A stretch of 64,000 bases of DNA from Gnetum montanum (lineage: Eukaryota; Plantae; Gnetophyta), in contig MNCI01002312.1 in the NCBI GenBank assembly GCA_015680685.1, positions 453,652-517,651 of the forward strand, given 5' to 3'. Shown here in pieces: positions 25,240 through 39,149 of the stretch (position 1 is its first letter; each line of letters opens with the position of its first letter). The position numbers and the translations under genes are program-made. The notes below the pieces were generated by a model, which was given only the letters and a program-made list of their open reading frames with translations, was not told where the DNA came from and made no database searches.

Positions 25240-25704
25240 TATTTATTTTAGTTTAATTTTTTAAAGTTATAGTTTAGTTTCATACTTTGTTGATTTTTGG
25301 TTAACTTGTGTTTTGTTGTGGTATAGGGACCAAGTAACACTGACAACCCTAGCAGAGAAGGTGGAAGTGCTCCTAAACCCCATCCAATAGCCCCTTAGTA
25401 CAATCTATTGGTCATTGCTCTATGGTTATTTCATTCATTTTAGTTATTGACATTATTTATGTTGTGATGTATTGGCTAGTGTTAGCCATCGATGTGTTGA
25501 GAGACAGTTTATTGTTTAGATTTCCATGGTTACTATGTTGTAGACATTAGATATTATTTTTAAATTTTAACTTAGTTTATATGTTCTAAAAGTTTAGTGT
25601 TTCATATATGTTTAATGCTCTACATTTTTGTTTATGTCATAGGCTATGTTGGTTAACTTGTAATATGAGAATAATGTAAACTAGGTTGTAATGGTTATAA
25701 GAGG

Positions 25705-25810
25705 TTTACTAGTTTTAGGCCATGGTGGGCCACACATGATGTTTTGCCAATTTTAGGGCATGGAAAGCCATATGTTTTTGCTAGTTTTAGGCCATGGTGG
25801 GCCCTACATT
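25705..25810 (-). repeat. Short tandem repeat (CATGGCCTAAAACTAG-type units)
   Basis: About three units, homologous to the 43150-43550 array. Confidence 0.75.
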
Positions 25811-26129
25811 TGAAAAGAAAACCTTTTTATTAGTTTTTATGTTTTTAAAATTTTTATAAATATTTTCAAGTTTTAAATTTTTTGTCATATTTTTTATGGT
25901 TTATGTTTTGCGATAAAAAGCCATAAAATAAAAATTATAAATAAGAGAAAATTTTAGGCTACGTGCAAAGTAAAGATTAAAACAAAGTGAAACAAGGGCA
26001 AACAAATGATGCATACAAAATGTAAACTAGTTTATGGAAGGTTATAGGAAAAATAGGCAATATGGTTACAAGTGCAAGGATAAGCGAATCAAGGGGATGC
26101 ATTAATTATGCAAGTGTTTCCTAATCTTT

Positions 26130-28700
26130 GACAGATTTGAAAAATATGTATGAACTACTTTGCATGATTTTGTATTCCTCATTTCCTTCACTCACAACAT
26201 TGAAGGGGAGCTATTTCCATGATGAGTCCATTGTTGTTGGTCTTGACCTCTTTTGCTTTCTCAGGCTTCTTGACTTTGTGGTTGACAGTAGGAATTTCTT
26301 CCTAAAACTTTACTTTGGCCTCATGTTCAATGTCAACATTGTTAACTACCAAGGGAACCACACTATTATCATGGATGATGATGATTTCACCTTCCTCATA
26401 AGGTAGGTCGATCTATTGATGGATCAATGAGGAAATTGCTTGTAATTGAGCTAGCCAAGGCCTTCCCAAGATAAGGTTGAACCCTAGTGTTTCATCCACC
26501 ATCAAGAAATTGGCTGTTGTGGGGAATTTCTTCCTTGCCAGAAAGTCTAAAGAAATTGAGCCTTTTATGGATACCCAAGATCTATTGAAGGACTTAAGAG
26601 TGTTTATTGTGGTATATTGCATTTGCTATATTAGTCCTAGATGTTCCAAAATGGTGTAGGGTATTATGTTTGTTGTAGCTCCATCATCAACATGCACACT
26701 ATGCACCTTGTACTATCCTATTATAATGATTATGAATAGGGGAGCCTTAGTTATCTCACCATCTTGGGGGTTGGTTTTGACTTCAGTATCATGAAACACC
26801 AACACCTTTGACCTTGTTTCTTCCTTTGTGAAGGTAGTACCATCACTGCATGGATGGACTCTTCACTAGCAAGGATATCATCATTAAAAAGAATAGAGTC
26901 CAACATCTTAACTAATGCTTCACAATGTATAGTTGAAGTCATCAAAGGTCATAGAAGCTAAAAGAGGTGTTCTTTTATTTTAGTAATTGTTTGACCTATT
27001 TCATTACATTGAGGAATTCCTTGTCATTGGTTATGGGATTTTTGTTCTTAGGGTTCTTAGCTTCCTCCATGCATCCCAAGAGGTAAACTTCATGGTTCAG
27101 TTGTTGCTTGGCTTCTTTTCCCTTTCCTTGTGGCTTGGGATCCTCCCATGGTTGGTTAGTTGATATAACCTAAGCATCAGAACTCATTAGAATAGATGAG
27201 ATGGGAGTAGGACTCTACAAGCCTACTTTCTTCCATGCCATGGCCTATTTTTTGTTGTTGTTCTTTAGCTTTGATATGAGCTTCTTATGTTGTTTTCTTA
27301 GGGAGTTTGTTGTTGTTGTTTGTTGGTTATGAAGAATTTGTTGCTTTGGCTACTATGGAAGGATGCTTATTAGTTGTAGGGGCACATTTGGTTTTGGCTT
27401 CAGTGGGAGGGGACATCCTAATCACAAAAGGATCCCTGGGAGGCATAGCTGATGTTATCCTTATAAAAAAAGGGGACCTTAAGCTAGTAGAAGTTGAAGG
27501 GATCCTATCATTGTGAGGGAATATTCAAATCAGAAACAACTCCCTCGTAGGTTTAGCATTGTTTATTACATTGAATGTCGTGATAGTGTATAGACTATTA
27601 TTGGCATTCAATGGGTCTTTGTATACTTTCATGGGTTGATGTTGTAGTTTAACTAGGTTCAAGGAATTAAGCAATAATTCATCCTTATCTATCATCTTCT
27701 ATAGGTCATCCTTAAGTGCTAGGAAAATGTTAGTGTCATGACTTGGTAGTTGATGAAAGGGACAAAAGCCATCAAGTTTGAAGTATTTAGATACTGGGGG
27801 ATCATCCTTGGTTGTAAGAATAGGATTTTTATCTATCTCACGTAACTTATCATGCCTTTAATAAACATTTTCGATCATTTGTTTGTACTAAATTCTCCCA
27901 CTCTTTAACAATTGATTAAGGAGTTCTAATGGTTTTAACAATAACTAAGTATACTTTGACTAAGCTTTTAATTCAAATTTTGGCCTTCTACAGGTTGATG
28001 TAGAGCTCTCAAATGCGGAAGGTTGATTATTATGTTAAATAGGAACCTTGGGTTGATTGGTGTTTGGCCCTTGTGTAGTTATTTTGTTGTTGTCTCTAGG
28101 CACTATGGCCATGGTTGTGTTGTTTTTCCTCCCCTTCTTCCTATCCTTCCATGAATGTTGGTTTTTAAATGCCACATAGGCAGGGTCATGGCTAGCCTTG
28201 GCTGCATCCTCTATGTTCTTCATCTAGGAAAAGGCTTGGCTTAGTGACTATGGATCAAGGTAATATAGCTTCAACTTAATAAATTTATTAAATACCCCTT
28301 TGAAGATAGCAAGAATGTGGATCTCAGCTATCGATTCTGGAATCTCATTAAGAAGAGCATTTCATAATTGTATAAAATTTATTACTAGCTCAAGGGGTCC
28401 CTACTTAACCTTCATTACTTGGTTAAGAGTCATATTGGGTTTCAAGTTATACATGAAATAGTTTATGAACTGTGAAATCAAGTCTTTAAGAGAGGATATG
28501 GATCCTTTGGGTAAAGCATGATACCAATCCAAGGATTTTCCCATTAGGAACATAGGAAATATCTGCATGATGATATGCAGCTAGGCTTGCAGTAACATGC
28601 ACTTAGAACAGAAGGTTATGAGGTGGGAATTTTAGTCACCTTCATCATTGTACTTGGTGAATTAGGAAATGTGAATGCTTAATGGAAGAGTTATTAGTGG
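26130..28700 (-). pseudogene. gag: gag-protease of element A (decayed)
   Basis: GKSLDWYHALPKGSISSL (gag); VHVDDGATTNIIPY, FNLILGRPWLAQL (PR); colinear with 40200-42800. Confidence 0.85.
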
Positions 28701-29194
28701 GAAAACAAGACTAGTGGATTAATTTTGGTAGAAATCCATTATCTTAACTATCTAGCTTGTAGAAGATTTAAGCTTCTGTAACTCTTTCATCAAGTCTTTG
28801 ATCATTTGAAATGCTTGATTCATTCCTTAGGACATTCCTATAGGCTATGATGTTTGCACGAATGGTTGGGGGACTATTTGAGAGGCCTATGACCTCATGA
28901 TGGGCTATGGTATTTAAGGGAGAGGCTGGGTTATGATGGTCATAGATAAGCTAAACAAGGAGAAGGATATTTGTGCTAGAACTTGAGGCACAAAGAGGAC
29001 AAATGATGTTTGTCTCCTAGGTCATCTATTATTCTACTATGGGATCCACTAGTATAGAAAAGGTGTGTGTCGTGGTGAGAACCACTAGTGAGGAGTGTGC
29101 AAACAAAGGCTACATGGAAAAAGGCATGGACTCAAAGAGGGAGGCCATTTGAGGCATGAATTGTGCCTAATGGGCCACTATAATAGAAGCTAGT

Positions 29195-30087
29195 TTATGA
29201 GTCATGATTTTTTTAGCTTTGATATTAGATATTCTATATTGGAGCATCAATATTAGATACATGATATTGAGTCCCAAGAAATGATGTCAGATATCCAATA
29301 TTGCCTCTTTTGTGCTAGCCTATAAATACAACACTTGGATGCATGGTTGAGAGAGTTTTTAGTTTTAGATTTCAATTAAATTTTTCATAGATTGTTGATT
29401 TCTAGTTCTATTATTTCCTAGTGCATGCCCATAGTGTGATGTTTGTAATTATATGACATCCTTATTTGAGTGTGATGTACTTGGACATGTTACATGATTA
29501 GAAATAAAGATTGAAATTACTTTTGTCATTGCAACAGCCACTTAGATTTATTATTGATTTTAATAATTTAATTTTTTAATTTTTTTCTATTTTCCTTAGT
29601 TAATGTTTCCATTTATTACTCTTTGCAATTCCTATCATTAAGCAGAATGAGTACGACTAATCACAAGCATTTAAGTGTAACTACTTGGTAACCCAGTAGT
29701 GTATCATTTGGTGAGCCTAATGATGTATGTTTGGTATTCTTAGTGGTAGATACATGAAGTCCAAGGCATGTGCGAATAATTAAGAATGGATACTCATCAC
29801 ACATAGGTGAGTTTAAACTTTACTTTCCATTGTTACTTAGCTTAATTAATTAATTTCTTTGTTATCATTAGGAGCAGCATAGGGTTAGACAACATCATCA
29901 TATGCCTCACCATGGACTAAATCATACATGATAAAGCTACTACTAGTTCAAGTGGGAAGACAATGAACTACAATCAAAGCATAATGATTTAGATGCAAAA
30001 CTAGTCTGATCAATGGAATTCGACTAGATCGTGCTTGAATGCTTGTGATTCATATGGTTGGGCATAAGGGTACCTCACCACTCATCA
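29195..30087 (+). repeat. 5' LTR
   Basis: First half repeated at 60993-61488; ends ...CCACTCATCA. Confidence 0.9.
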
Positions 30088-30229
30088 TTGGCATTGTTTC
30101 TAGGGATGGTGTTAGTTATCTACACTAGTTATATTATACACGATCACTATAAATACATTAATGATATATCTTTTAAAAAATAATAAATCACACACACCAT
30201 AAACCAATAATAATGTCTCTTTCTCAAGA

Positions 30230-32620
30230 AATAAATAATGCACTATATAACAAAAACATTCATAGAGAACTAACGAGATATATGTTGAAGAAAATTTGGG
30301 TGAACAACCTTATGTAGCAGTTTCATATGTTCATGAAGACCATGATGACACTCAAGGACTACATTCATCTAAGGTAGACAAGCCTAGAGGAGATGAAGTA
30401 ACTCTTGGACCAAGGGAGGCCTCAAGGCCATGACCTCCTCAAAGACTAAAAAAGATGTATCAAGGGATCCTGGGAAACACTATAGAAGCCATGGAAATCC
30501 TTCTAGTTCCTCATCTTCCTCTTCCTCTTCAACATCTAGTTTTAACAAAGATGAATTTAGGTATATTAACCAAGCTCATCATTGGCATCAAAATAAAAAT
30601 GAAAATAAAAATTGAACCCCTGTGAGAAATCAAAAATGTCAAAATGAACATAGAAAAAATCATCATAATCAAATGGATAGAAATAGAAATTTTCATCACA
30701 ACATGTTTGATGATGAAGAACCCTTGTTGGCCACTACAAGCCTAATTTAGATCATAGGGGTAGTTAAGATATCTCATAGGCATCACAAAGAGGGTTACTT
30801 ACCCAAGCTTAATATGAATAATATTCCTGAATTTGTAGGAGGCTATGATTTAGATCCACAATATCATCTCTAAGCCTTCCATGATGCTTGTGCTTTCTAC
30901 AACATTGAAAGTGGATGGGAAAAGCTTAATATTTTTCCTAGGATACTAATCGATCAAGCCAAAGTATGGTATAGATCATTAAAACCAAATTCAATCCAAC
31001 GGTGGTCCACAATGTTAGAACTCTTCAATAAGAAATAACAAACCTATGCGAGGGTGTCCAACCTAAGGAGATAGATCCAACAATGGAAGCAAGAACAACA
31101 TGAATCCTTGGACATGACCTTAGATAGATATTATTCCCTACTAAATAGATTCCCAAGCCATGGTTTCTTTGAGAAAAGATAACTTTTCCACATCATAGAT
31201 GGGATTCATAATGAAAAAAGGGAGATCCTTGGGATGTATGCCCCAAGTTAATTATGTGAGCTATGAATCCATCAAATCTAAGAGCTAATCAAGCATGTGG
31301 CCAAAGAATAAGGGGAGATATGCAAATGGGAGAATGTCAAGAAATATCACTAGGACCCAACTCCTCAAAAGAAGTAGGTTCACATTTGTGGTAAGGAGAA
31401 AGAAACTGTTCTTGATAAGGTGATTTCACACTGGCTCTTACCAATACAAACGTCTATCACTGAACTTAGACCAAAGTTTAATAGGATGTCAAAATAGGTG
31501 TATGACAACATTGCAACTTTGGTAAAAACTATAGAGAAGAAGGTCATGCAAAATGAGCTAGGTGATCACAATAAACAAAGGAGAAAAAACTAGGAAATAG
31601 CTAGGAACACTTTTCAGCAAACAAGAAAAATGGTAGAAGAAAGTGAGACTATAGAATGAACCATAGATGAAGACAATGGATGTGACATCTACATATATGA
31701 CCATTTGAAGGGCCACTACTTGATCTTGTTGCATCTACATGAGTATTGGTTAGATGCATTGAATCTAAAGTTTGTACAAAAGCACATGTCCAAGAGATTT
31801 TCTTTTCCACATTGTAATGATAGCCAGTTCCACAACCAATCATACTATCCTAGGGGGACTTATTACCAGCCTCAACACTATCATCAAACATAGTGGAAAA
31901 ACCAATAGTCATGGGGAAGGCCACCACCAAACTAGCCCTACCCTCCCTATCATCCAAAACTATATGGATATTATGTTTAACACCCCATTTCTCCAACCAG
32001 TTCTATGTCTTATACTTCAAATTGCCACTATGACTCTCCTGAGTACCATCAACCCATGACATCTCTTGAGGGATCACCACCTTAAACCTCTTACCATCCA
32101 TCTTGCCCTCAATATTCTCATACTCTATCTCATCACATGCCACTGCCAATGACATAGGAAGGTTTTTCACCACAATATCAATAAATGAATGCCAATTGGG
32201 CTACAAATGTGCATAAACATGTTGATACTAGTAGGTTCCCATCACAAACATAGAAATGTCCTTTCTTTAGGATAGTCCATAGGCAAAATCACAACACTCA
32301 TGGACCTACCACATCATCTAAACTAGCACAATGCCAATTTAGTGCAACACCTTCTTTTCCACAACCAATGTCCTCTGACCCTACATAAGGGCCGCCATCC
32401 ATTGTTACTGCAACATCCAACTATAGCAATGAATCTAGAAGTGTGGGGAGGCAAACAAATCCATGCATATCATATCATAATCAAGGGTGTAATCATGGGC
32501 CAAAGATCCATGATGTTAGCACACCCCATACCTTGACCCACCATACATTTAACAACTAAGTGTGTGAACAACAATTTTTCTACACAACTACTATGGCTCA
32601 AAAATGAAAGGTTACTAATG
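30230..32620 (+). pseudogene. gag: gag (decayed)
   Basis: Homologous to 8240-9750 and closely to 49930-52330 (-); no PR/RT/IN follows. Confidence 0.8.
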
Positions 32621-34769
32621 TTTTAACTATGCATGGATCTTGCTCATCCACTTATTAATTCTTGCCATGGTCAAATGCTTAGTTGCGGGGGAAGCCCCCC
32701 ATTATAACCTTTAGAATTAATAGATGTTTTTCATCTTTTTGTTTTACATTTTTTTATCATTTTCTCATTTCTTGATATAATTTTTCCTATAATTTTTGGC
32801 TTTTTCTATCTTTTGTTTTCATTTCCTTTTTTATAATCTCACTTTTGAATAAAATGATCATGTAGCCCATTAAGATGAGGTTTTCTCTATGTTGTCGAGT
32901 CATGAGGGATTGATTATTTAGACAATGAGCCACATCATCCATCCACTCATTCCAATAATAAGAGGCTATTTCTTTGGGCATAATGATATTCTTATTCATC
33001 ATTAAAACTAACAATAAATTCATAATCATTATGCCTGGACAAAAAAGTGAAGAACTAAGGGGGAATATGAAGGATGTGACATCATGGAGATTTGTGATTT
33101 TTATTTGGCTACTTCTATATGTTCTATCATGTTGATTTGGTTGTAATTATATCCTTGTAGATATAATGAAAAATGGGAGTAAGAGTAACCTAAAAGGGCA
33201 TTGAATAAAATTATGACGGTCCCACTAGAAAGACATGTATCCATGCCTGAAGGTTGGTAACTTCTCATACTTCTACTTTCATCAAAAAAGAAAAAAGAAA
33301 AAAAAACAAAGTGCCATTAATAAACTCCTCCCTTGGACAAAATGCCAAGTGATGCTACTCCTTACAACTATGGTAGTCTTATGGTTGTTAGCCGAAGTGA
33401 TGAAATAATGTGATGTCATTGAAATGTGGTTTGGACTTGGTTTGAATCTTGGAAAGATAGGCTAATGATTACTTAACCATTAATAACATACAAGGATTCA
33501 TTGTACTTATGGTATGACACCTTATGTCCTGATTTTTTCAATCCTTTCTACAGTCTATCTCATTTCATTGTTCTTGTGATCCTACATCGTGGTTTTGTGT
33601 AACATAGAGTTATTTTCTCAAATTGGTGATTTTAACATGTGTGTTTTGTTTCACAAGTATGTGTTGCATTCAAACCCTTTAGTGCCTACAGATATTTTTA
33701 GGTGTGGCTAGAAAAGGATATTATAGGTTGAAGCCTACTTTGGGGAGGATCCACTTGTGTAACTTGTGACTTGTATTTGTGTGTAGAACCACATCATTCT
33801 TAACCTTCCAAGTGCTTAATTGTTAAATTTCATGCTTTCCTTATCATGAAAATTGATACATTCCACATCATTGGTATAATACCCCTTTTCTTGTGTCTTC
33901 CTAAGCTTTTAACATTAACAACACCATCTTCTAAAACTTCCAATGCCTACAACTAATTTCCTACTTACCCTAGAATTATGGACCTAACCGTAAACCTTCC
34001 AACCAATCACAAAGATTTATTTTCCATGCTCAATGTCCTCATTAGATGTAAATCCATGGACCCTAATATCAACTACCCAATATTAGGTCAAGATGTTGGA
34101 TACCCAATATTGGATCTCACATAACCTATATATATGACCCTCACAGTGCCCAAATTGCACTCTCTTCATTTGCAACTAGTAGAGTTTTTCAAATTTTCTC
34201 TCATGAATTAGAGCTTTATGCAATCAACTTCTACTTATGATATTTAGCTTTCTAATGCTCCAATTATTGTACCATTTGAACCTATTTAACCTAGTAGTGT
34301 TCAAGTCAGTCATGGTGAGAGGGAGGGAGGGTGGTGGATGGCAGGGTGTAGGTTGCTTGCATGGAAAACTTATGCTAGTTTTCTAAAATTTGCTATTCCA
34401 TGGAAGACTTACACCAGTTTTCTAGAATTTTCTATCACATGGAAGATATTATAAGGGTAAGAGTGTTAAAAAATTTAAGTATTATAATGAGAAAAATGAA
34501 TCATATTAATGTCAGAAACTGTAATATTTTCATTCAAGGGACCATAACCTTCATAATACACCATACATAAGCAAAAAGAAACCAATCACGAAGAGTCATA
34601 AATAAGATAAACACTTTTTGGGAATTTTTTTAAATTTTTTTTGAACTCTACAATCATATGAACTAAAGAACTTAATGGAACTAAGATCATGACTAAGGTA
34701 TAAATCTATTAATGATAAATAACAACACCTTAGTAACATTCGATCCTTGATTAATTGTAGATGGCCCCA

Positions 34770-36719
34770 AAAAGAGAAGCTCAAGTAGGACCTTTGCAAG
34801 GAGTAGCCAAACACCCAAGGGGTGGTAGAGGCCAACAAGGTAAGCATGCTAAGCATGAGGAACAGGAGGCCTAATCATTCAATATCCATTAAGAGGCTCC
34901 TATCATAGGATAGTTGGTCCAAGAAGAGGCTACAGAATAGTAAGCTCCCATGTAGGGACAAGGCCTCACATTATCCCTAGAATTCCTTGAGGTCATCTAA
35001 GAAAAATTTATGTTGATCATGCTCATTGTGGAAATGAACTTTGGCCCATTTATGATTCTTTCTCTAGAGGTAGTTCAGACATAACTTCAAGTATCACATT
35101 TATGACCCATCCTTTCAAACAGGGGCAAATGGTACCTTGGTGAAACCTACTAATTCTAGCATAATAAAGAAGATGGTACCAATGACAACATTTGTAAAGT
35201 CAATGTTTCATTCTCAGTCAAATTAATCACTAAAGCTCTTAATATGCCAAATGAGGGGGCAAAGTTAGCCCATCTATCCATGAGATCTGAACCTAACATT
35301 AGAAAACTATGGCTGAGGTGAGCATATGACAAGGATGACAAAACATATAATGAATTGACTCTAGAAGAGAGGACCTATTTCAAGATAGGCATATATCATC
35401 TCTTCCTAACCAAAGGGCTCAATAGGATTTCAACATATGTAGCCAGGGGAAGTTTCATACTAATGGGCAAGTATATGTCCAACCTCCCCCAATTATATTG
35501 CATAGAAATTTAGAGGTGATTTGAAAAAAGAAAGGTAGGGAAGACAACAATTCCATTTTCTTGCCTCATTATGAAGCTTTATAAATGTGACAATATCCTA
35601 GGGGTACAAAAATGACATTTCCATGAGGGCTTAGAATGCTTCCTTCACTAAATTGCTTAAATTGGTAGCACCAAGGAAAGACCTTGATGAGGAACAAGAA
35701 CCAAAGAAAAAAGTGGAGCCTAAAAAATAAGTAGAAAAAGAGCTTGAATAGCATTACGAGCCATAAGTTCCATTACTACCACCACAAGACTATAGGCCTA
35801 TAATGAGCCACTTGTAGAAAATTGATGAAACACTTAGCTTGGGGAGTAGAGAAGAATCAAGCCTCTTTAGAGACATCAATGATGCCATGCAGCCCATTCT
35901 TCTTGTAAGGGGACAAAGTTCACTACAATCAAGAGAGAATTCCACTAGTTGCAATAAATTTCTAGTAATGCCACATCCTTCCAAGTAATTATTGAAATAG
36001 GAGAAGGTGCCACAATAGTGGTCATCCAACATCAGGATGTGGTAGGTGCAATAAAAGTAATAATGGATTACATCAAGGAATCATTCAATGTGCCTATTGT
36101 GCCCTTAGTGGATTTGAGTGGGACCAGAGATGCGTAGATGCTTACTAGGACTTTGATGACTCTTGTAGCCCATGAGAATGTATTAGATAGATTACTCTAG
36201 GTAGGATAAGTAATGACCATCTTGTTTACATTCCTAGTGATGTCACTACAGTACAGTTAGACCTCATTACTACCAAGGGGAAGCTTGTCATGGATAAGAC
36301 TAGGGCAGACGATGCAGAAGTAGAAGTGAAATAGTTGTAATAGGAATTGCCCACCTTTAGAGTTGAAGGATGGGATCATACCTAGTTTGTTGCACCTGAT
36401 CAGCTAGATTAATTTAAAATAGAGAAACTGGATAAATTGATCAAAGAGAACAAAGCTATAGAGTAAGAAAAGGAAAAGGTGGTCTAGAATGGCTTCACTT
36501 CTAAAGCATAATCCTATGCTCAAAAAATGGTACTAACCACCACTCAAGAAGAAAATAATAAAATTACTGTAGAGAACATAAGGTTAACCATCATCAGAAG
36601 CCAAAAGAACATTCTTGAAGAAAGTTTCTACTAGTTAAGAAAAAACTGGTGAGGATCAACTAGGACATTAGTGAATTAACCAAATAGAACTACACCCTCT
36701 CAATGAAGGAGGTCTATGC
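34770..36719 (+). pseudogene. 3' accessory ORF, first part (decayed)
   Basis: VSFSVKLITKALNMPNEG resembles plant transposon accessory domains; E/K-rich tail. Confidence 0.5.
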
Positions 36720-39083
36720 TGAAACACCACCACATCTAGACTATGGCTCCCAAGTTTTACAAAATTTTGTATAAAAATGGAAGCATAGTCAGCCTCTTGT
36801 GGAGAGCATAGTTAGCCTCTCGTGGAGAGTGTAGTTAGCAATAGGCTAGTTGTTGCAAATTTTTGCTAATTGTCAAGACTATGCTTGATCCCAATTAAGA
36901 GCATAGTCAACCTCTCATGGAGAGTGTAGTCAGTAGGAAGTCCAGTTTTGCAAATTTTTTATAAGTGTTGACACTATGCACTCCCCTAGATGGGAGTGTA
37001 GTTAGCCTCTTGTAAAGAGCATAGTCAGCCTTTGGTGGAGAGTGTAGTCAACCTTTTTTGGAGAGTGCAATTAATGGAAAGGCCAATTTTGAAATTATTT
37101 TTGAGTGTTGATACTGTGCTCTTTCCCAGATGGGAGCATAGTCAGCCTCTCATGGAGAGCGTAGTTAGCCTCTTGTGGAGAGCATTGTCGGTAGAAGGCT
37201 AGTTTTCACAAATTTTTGCTAAGTGTTGACACTACATGCTTCCATAGATGGGAGTGTAGTCATTCTCTCATAGAGAGTGTAGTTAGTAGAGGGCTAGTTT
37301 TGCAAATTTTCTAGGTGTTGAGACTATGCTTTCCCCTAGATGGAAGTGTAGTCAGCCTCTAGTAGAGAGTGTAGTCAATAGGAAGCAAGTTTTCATAAGT
37401 TTTGGCAAGTCCTAAGACTGTGCTCACCCCTAGTTGGGAGAGTAGTTAGCCTCCCATGGAGAGCATAGTTTTCAAAAATTCATTTTCTTACAAGATTTCA
37501 CCAGCATTAAGACTACTCTCTCCCCCAACCCAAAGTGTAGTCAGCTTGTCGTAGAGAGTGTAGTAAACCAGAATAGTCTCTAGTGGCCTCCACAACATAG
37601 AAATAATGCTCAGATTAGCTCTAGAACATAGTGAACTCACCTTTGACAAGCACAATAACAATGCTTAGCTCAGCTCCAAAATGTAGTGAACTTACCTTTC
37701 GTAAGTGTAGTTGACAAAATGCTTCTTTCTGATATTCCTTTTTGCCCCAAATTTGTAACTACGCTCAACCCCATGTAAGAGCATAAAGAGCATAGTATCT
37801 AACTTTCATTTTTTAGGTACCTTGTGGTCTTCTTAGCCTACACATGCATTTGGCAGCACAATCATAGTCTCACAGCCTCGCAAAGTCTAGCAAAGCATAG
37901 CAAAGCACAATACCACTAGTCCCATTGGTAAACCACATGAATAGTGACTATGCTGAGTGTAGTTCCAACTATCCCCTCCACCATGTGGTTGCCATCCTGT
38001 GTTTTTAACTAATCCTAGATCTATAAATACCCATGTCCTCAATTTTTAGGGTTGGAAAATCAAAGGGTTAGAAAATATAAGAAGTGCTTGGGAGAAAACC
38101 AAAGGAATTTTTGCTAGCTAAGAAGAGGCAAAGTTGCAGACCATCAGAGATCCCCATAGTCCAATAGAACACTACAGCCAATGGCACACCATAGAAACCA
38201 ACTCAACGGATGAAAATACCTTGGGGGAATGCCAGTCTTCATGGCCAGACATTTTAGAGACTATGACTACTGCACTTTTTGTACACCATGTACGTTCTAA
38301 TCCTTTTTGGTGTTAACTATGCTCAACCCTAGTTGGGGGTAGTGTTCTACTTCACACTCTCTCTTCTTGCATTTTTTGCACTTTATTTGTATCTTTTTGC
38401 TATTTTACAATATAATCAATTTGGAACTATGCTTGGATGGTAGTTTTTATTCATTGACACCATGAACTCTATTGAAACTCTTGACTACACTTGCCCCCTT
38501 GGGTACCTCTTGACTACGCTCAACCCCACTAACACCATAAACACTATGAACATTACAAACACTATTTGTACCATTAGTACCATCTTGCATCAGCATCATA
38601 GCTAACCATGCTACATCCATCATTGCATTTGGTAAGTCCATGTTCAATCAACTAGACCATCCAAGGTGCCCCATATCTATCTCTAGTAGTCCCTCATGCA
38701 AATTTGGGTTTAGGCTATGCACCTATGGACCTTGGTGTTCTAGCCATTGATGTTTTCGATTATTATAGTTTTCTAGCACTAGAAGGAGGCCCAAACCTCT
38801 TTTTTAGACTTTGTTGTGATTTTCTTGCATGCTTTCTACATTGTAATTATCTATTAACCTATCGGTATAGATTGGACTTCATAGTTGGTCCCCCTAGGAC
38901 CTTGCATAGCAATCCAAATCACACTTGTTTTCACTATTGCTAAGTTCTCATTCTCTGGAGTATAGTTGTCTCCAGTGTAGTTAGCATAGTCCACTCTTCA
39001 ATGTGGAGAGCATAGTCAATGTAGTCTGCTTTCCAATGTGGAGAGTGTAGTTAGTGGTGTTAGCTAAGATAGAGTTAGTTTCA
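36720..39083 (+). repeat. 5' LTR (2.36 kb) with internal tandem array
   Basis: TGAAAC...GTTTCA termini, TATAAATA near 38022, repeated at 57835. Confidence 0.88.
36760..37570 (+). repeat. ~85-bp tandem array in LTR U3
   Basis: Recurrent ACTATGCT...GAGCATAGTCAGCCTCTTGTGGAGAG...TTTTGCAAATTTTT...AAGTGTTG. Confidence 0.85.
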
Positions 39084-39149
39084 GCATAGTCTACTATGTT
39101 TTGTAGCCAACAACCCTTGTAGTTCCCCTTGCAACTTGATCTACAATCA

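Larger units (their letters stand above)
3885..25400 (+). pseudogene. Multi-exon antisense accessory gene of element A (plant-mobile-domain-like region plus coiled coil), decayed
   Basis: Exon-like blocks bounded by AG/GT at ~3885-4146, 5800-6253(+18226-29), 18332-18597, 18804-~19800, ~20240-20380, ~20530-21344, 25327-~25400, with T-rich introns; LKYGKVD...KKFIIQVHGILVTLTINESTFSDLFGIP is homologous to ~45800-46330 (-). Domain family is inferred. Confidence 0.6.
2700..29194 (-). mobile_element. Tat/Ogre-type gypsy element A (internal part, fragmented by nested insertions)
   Basis: gag-protease at ~26130-28700 (-), tandem repeat at ~25705, and an antisense spliced gene, all colinear with element B (36720-60025); own LTRs not seen. 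Confidence 0.7.
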
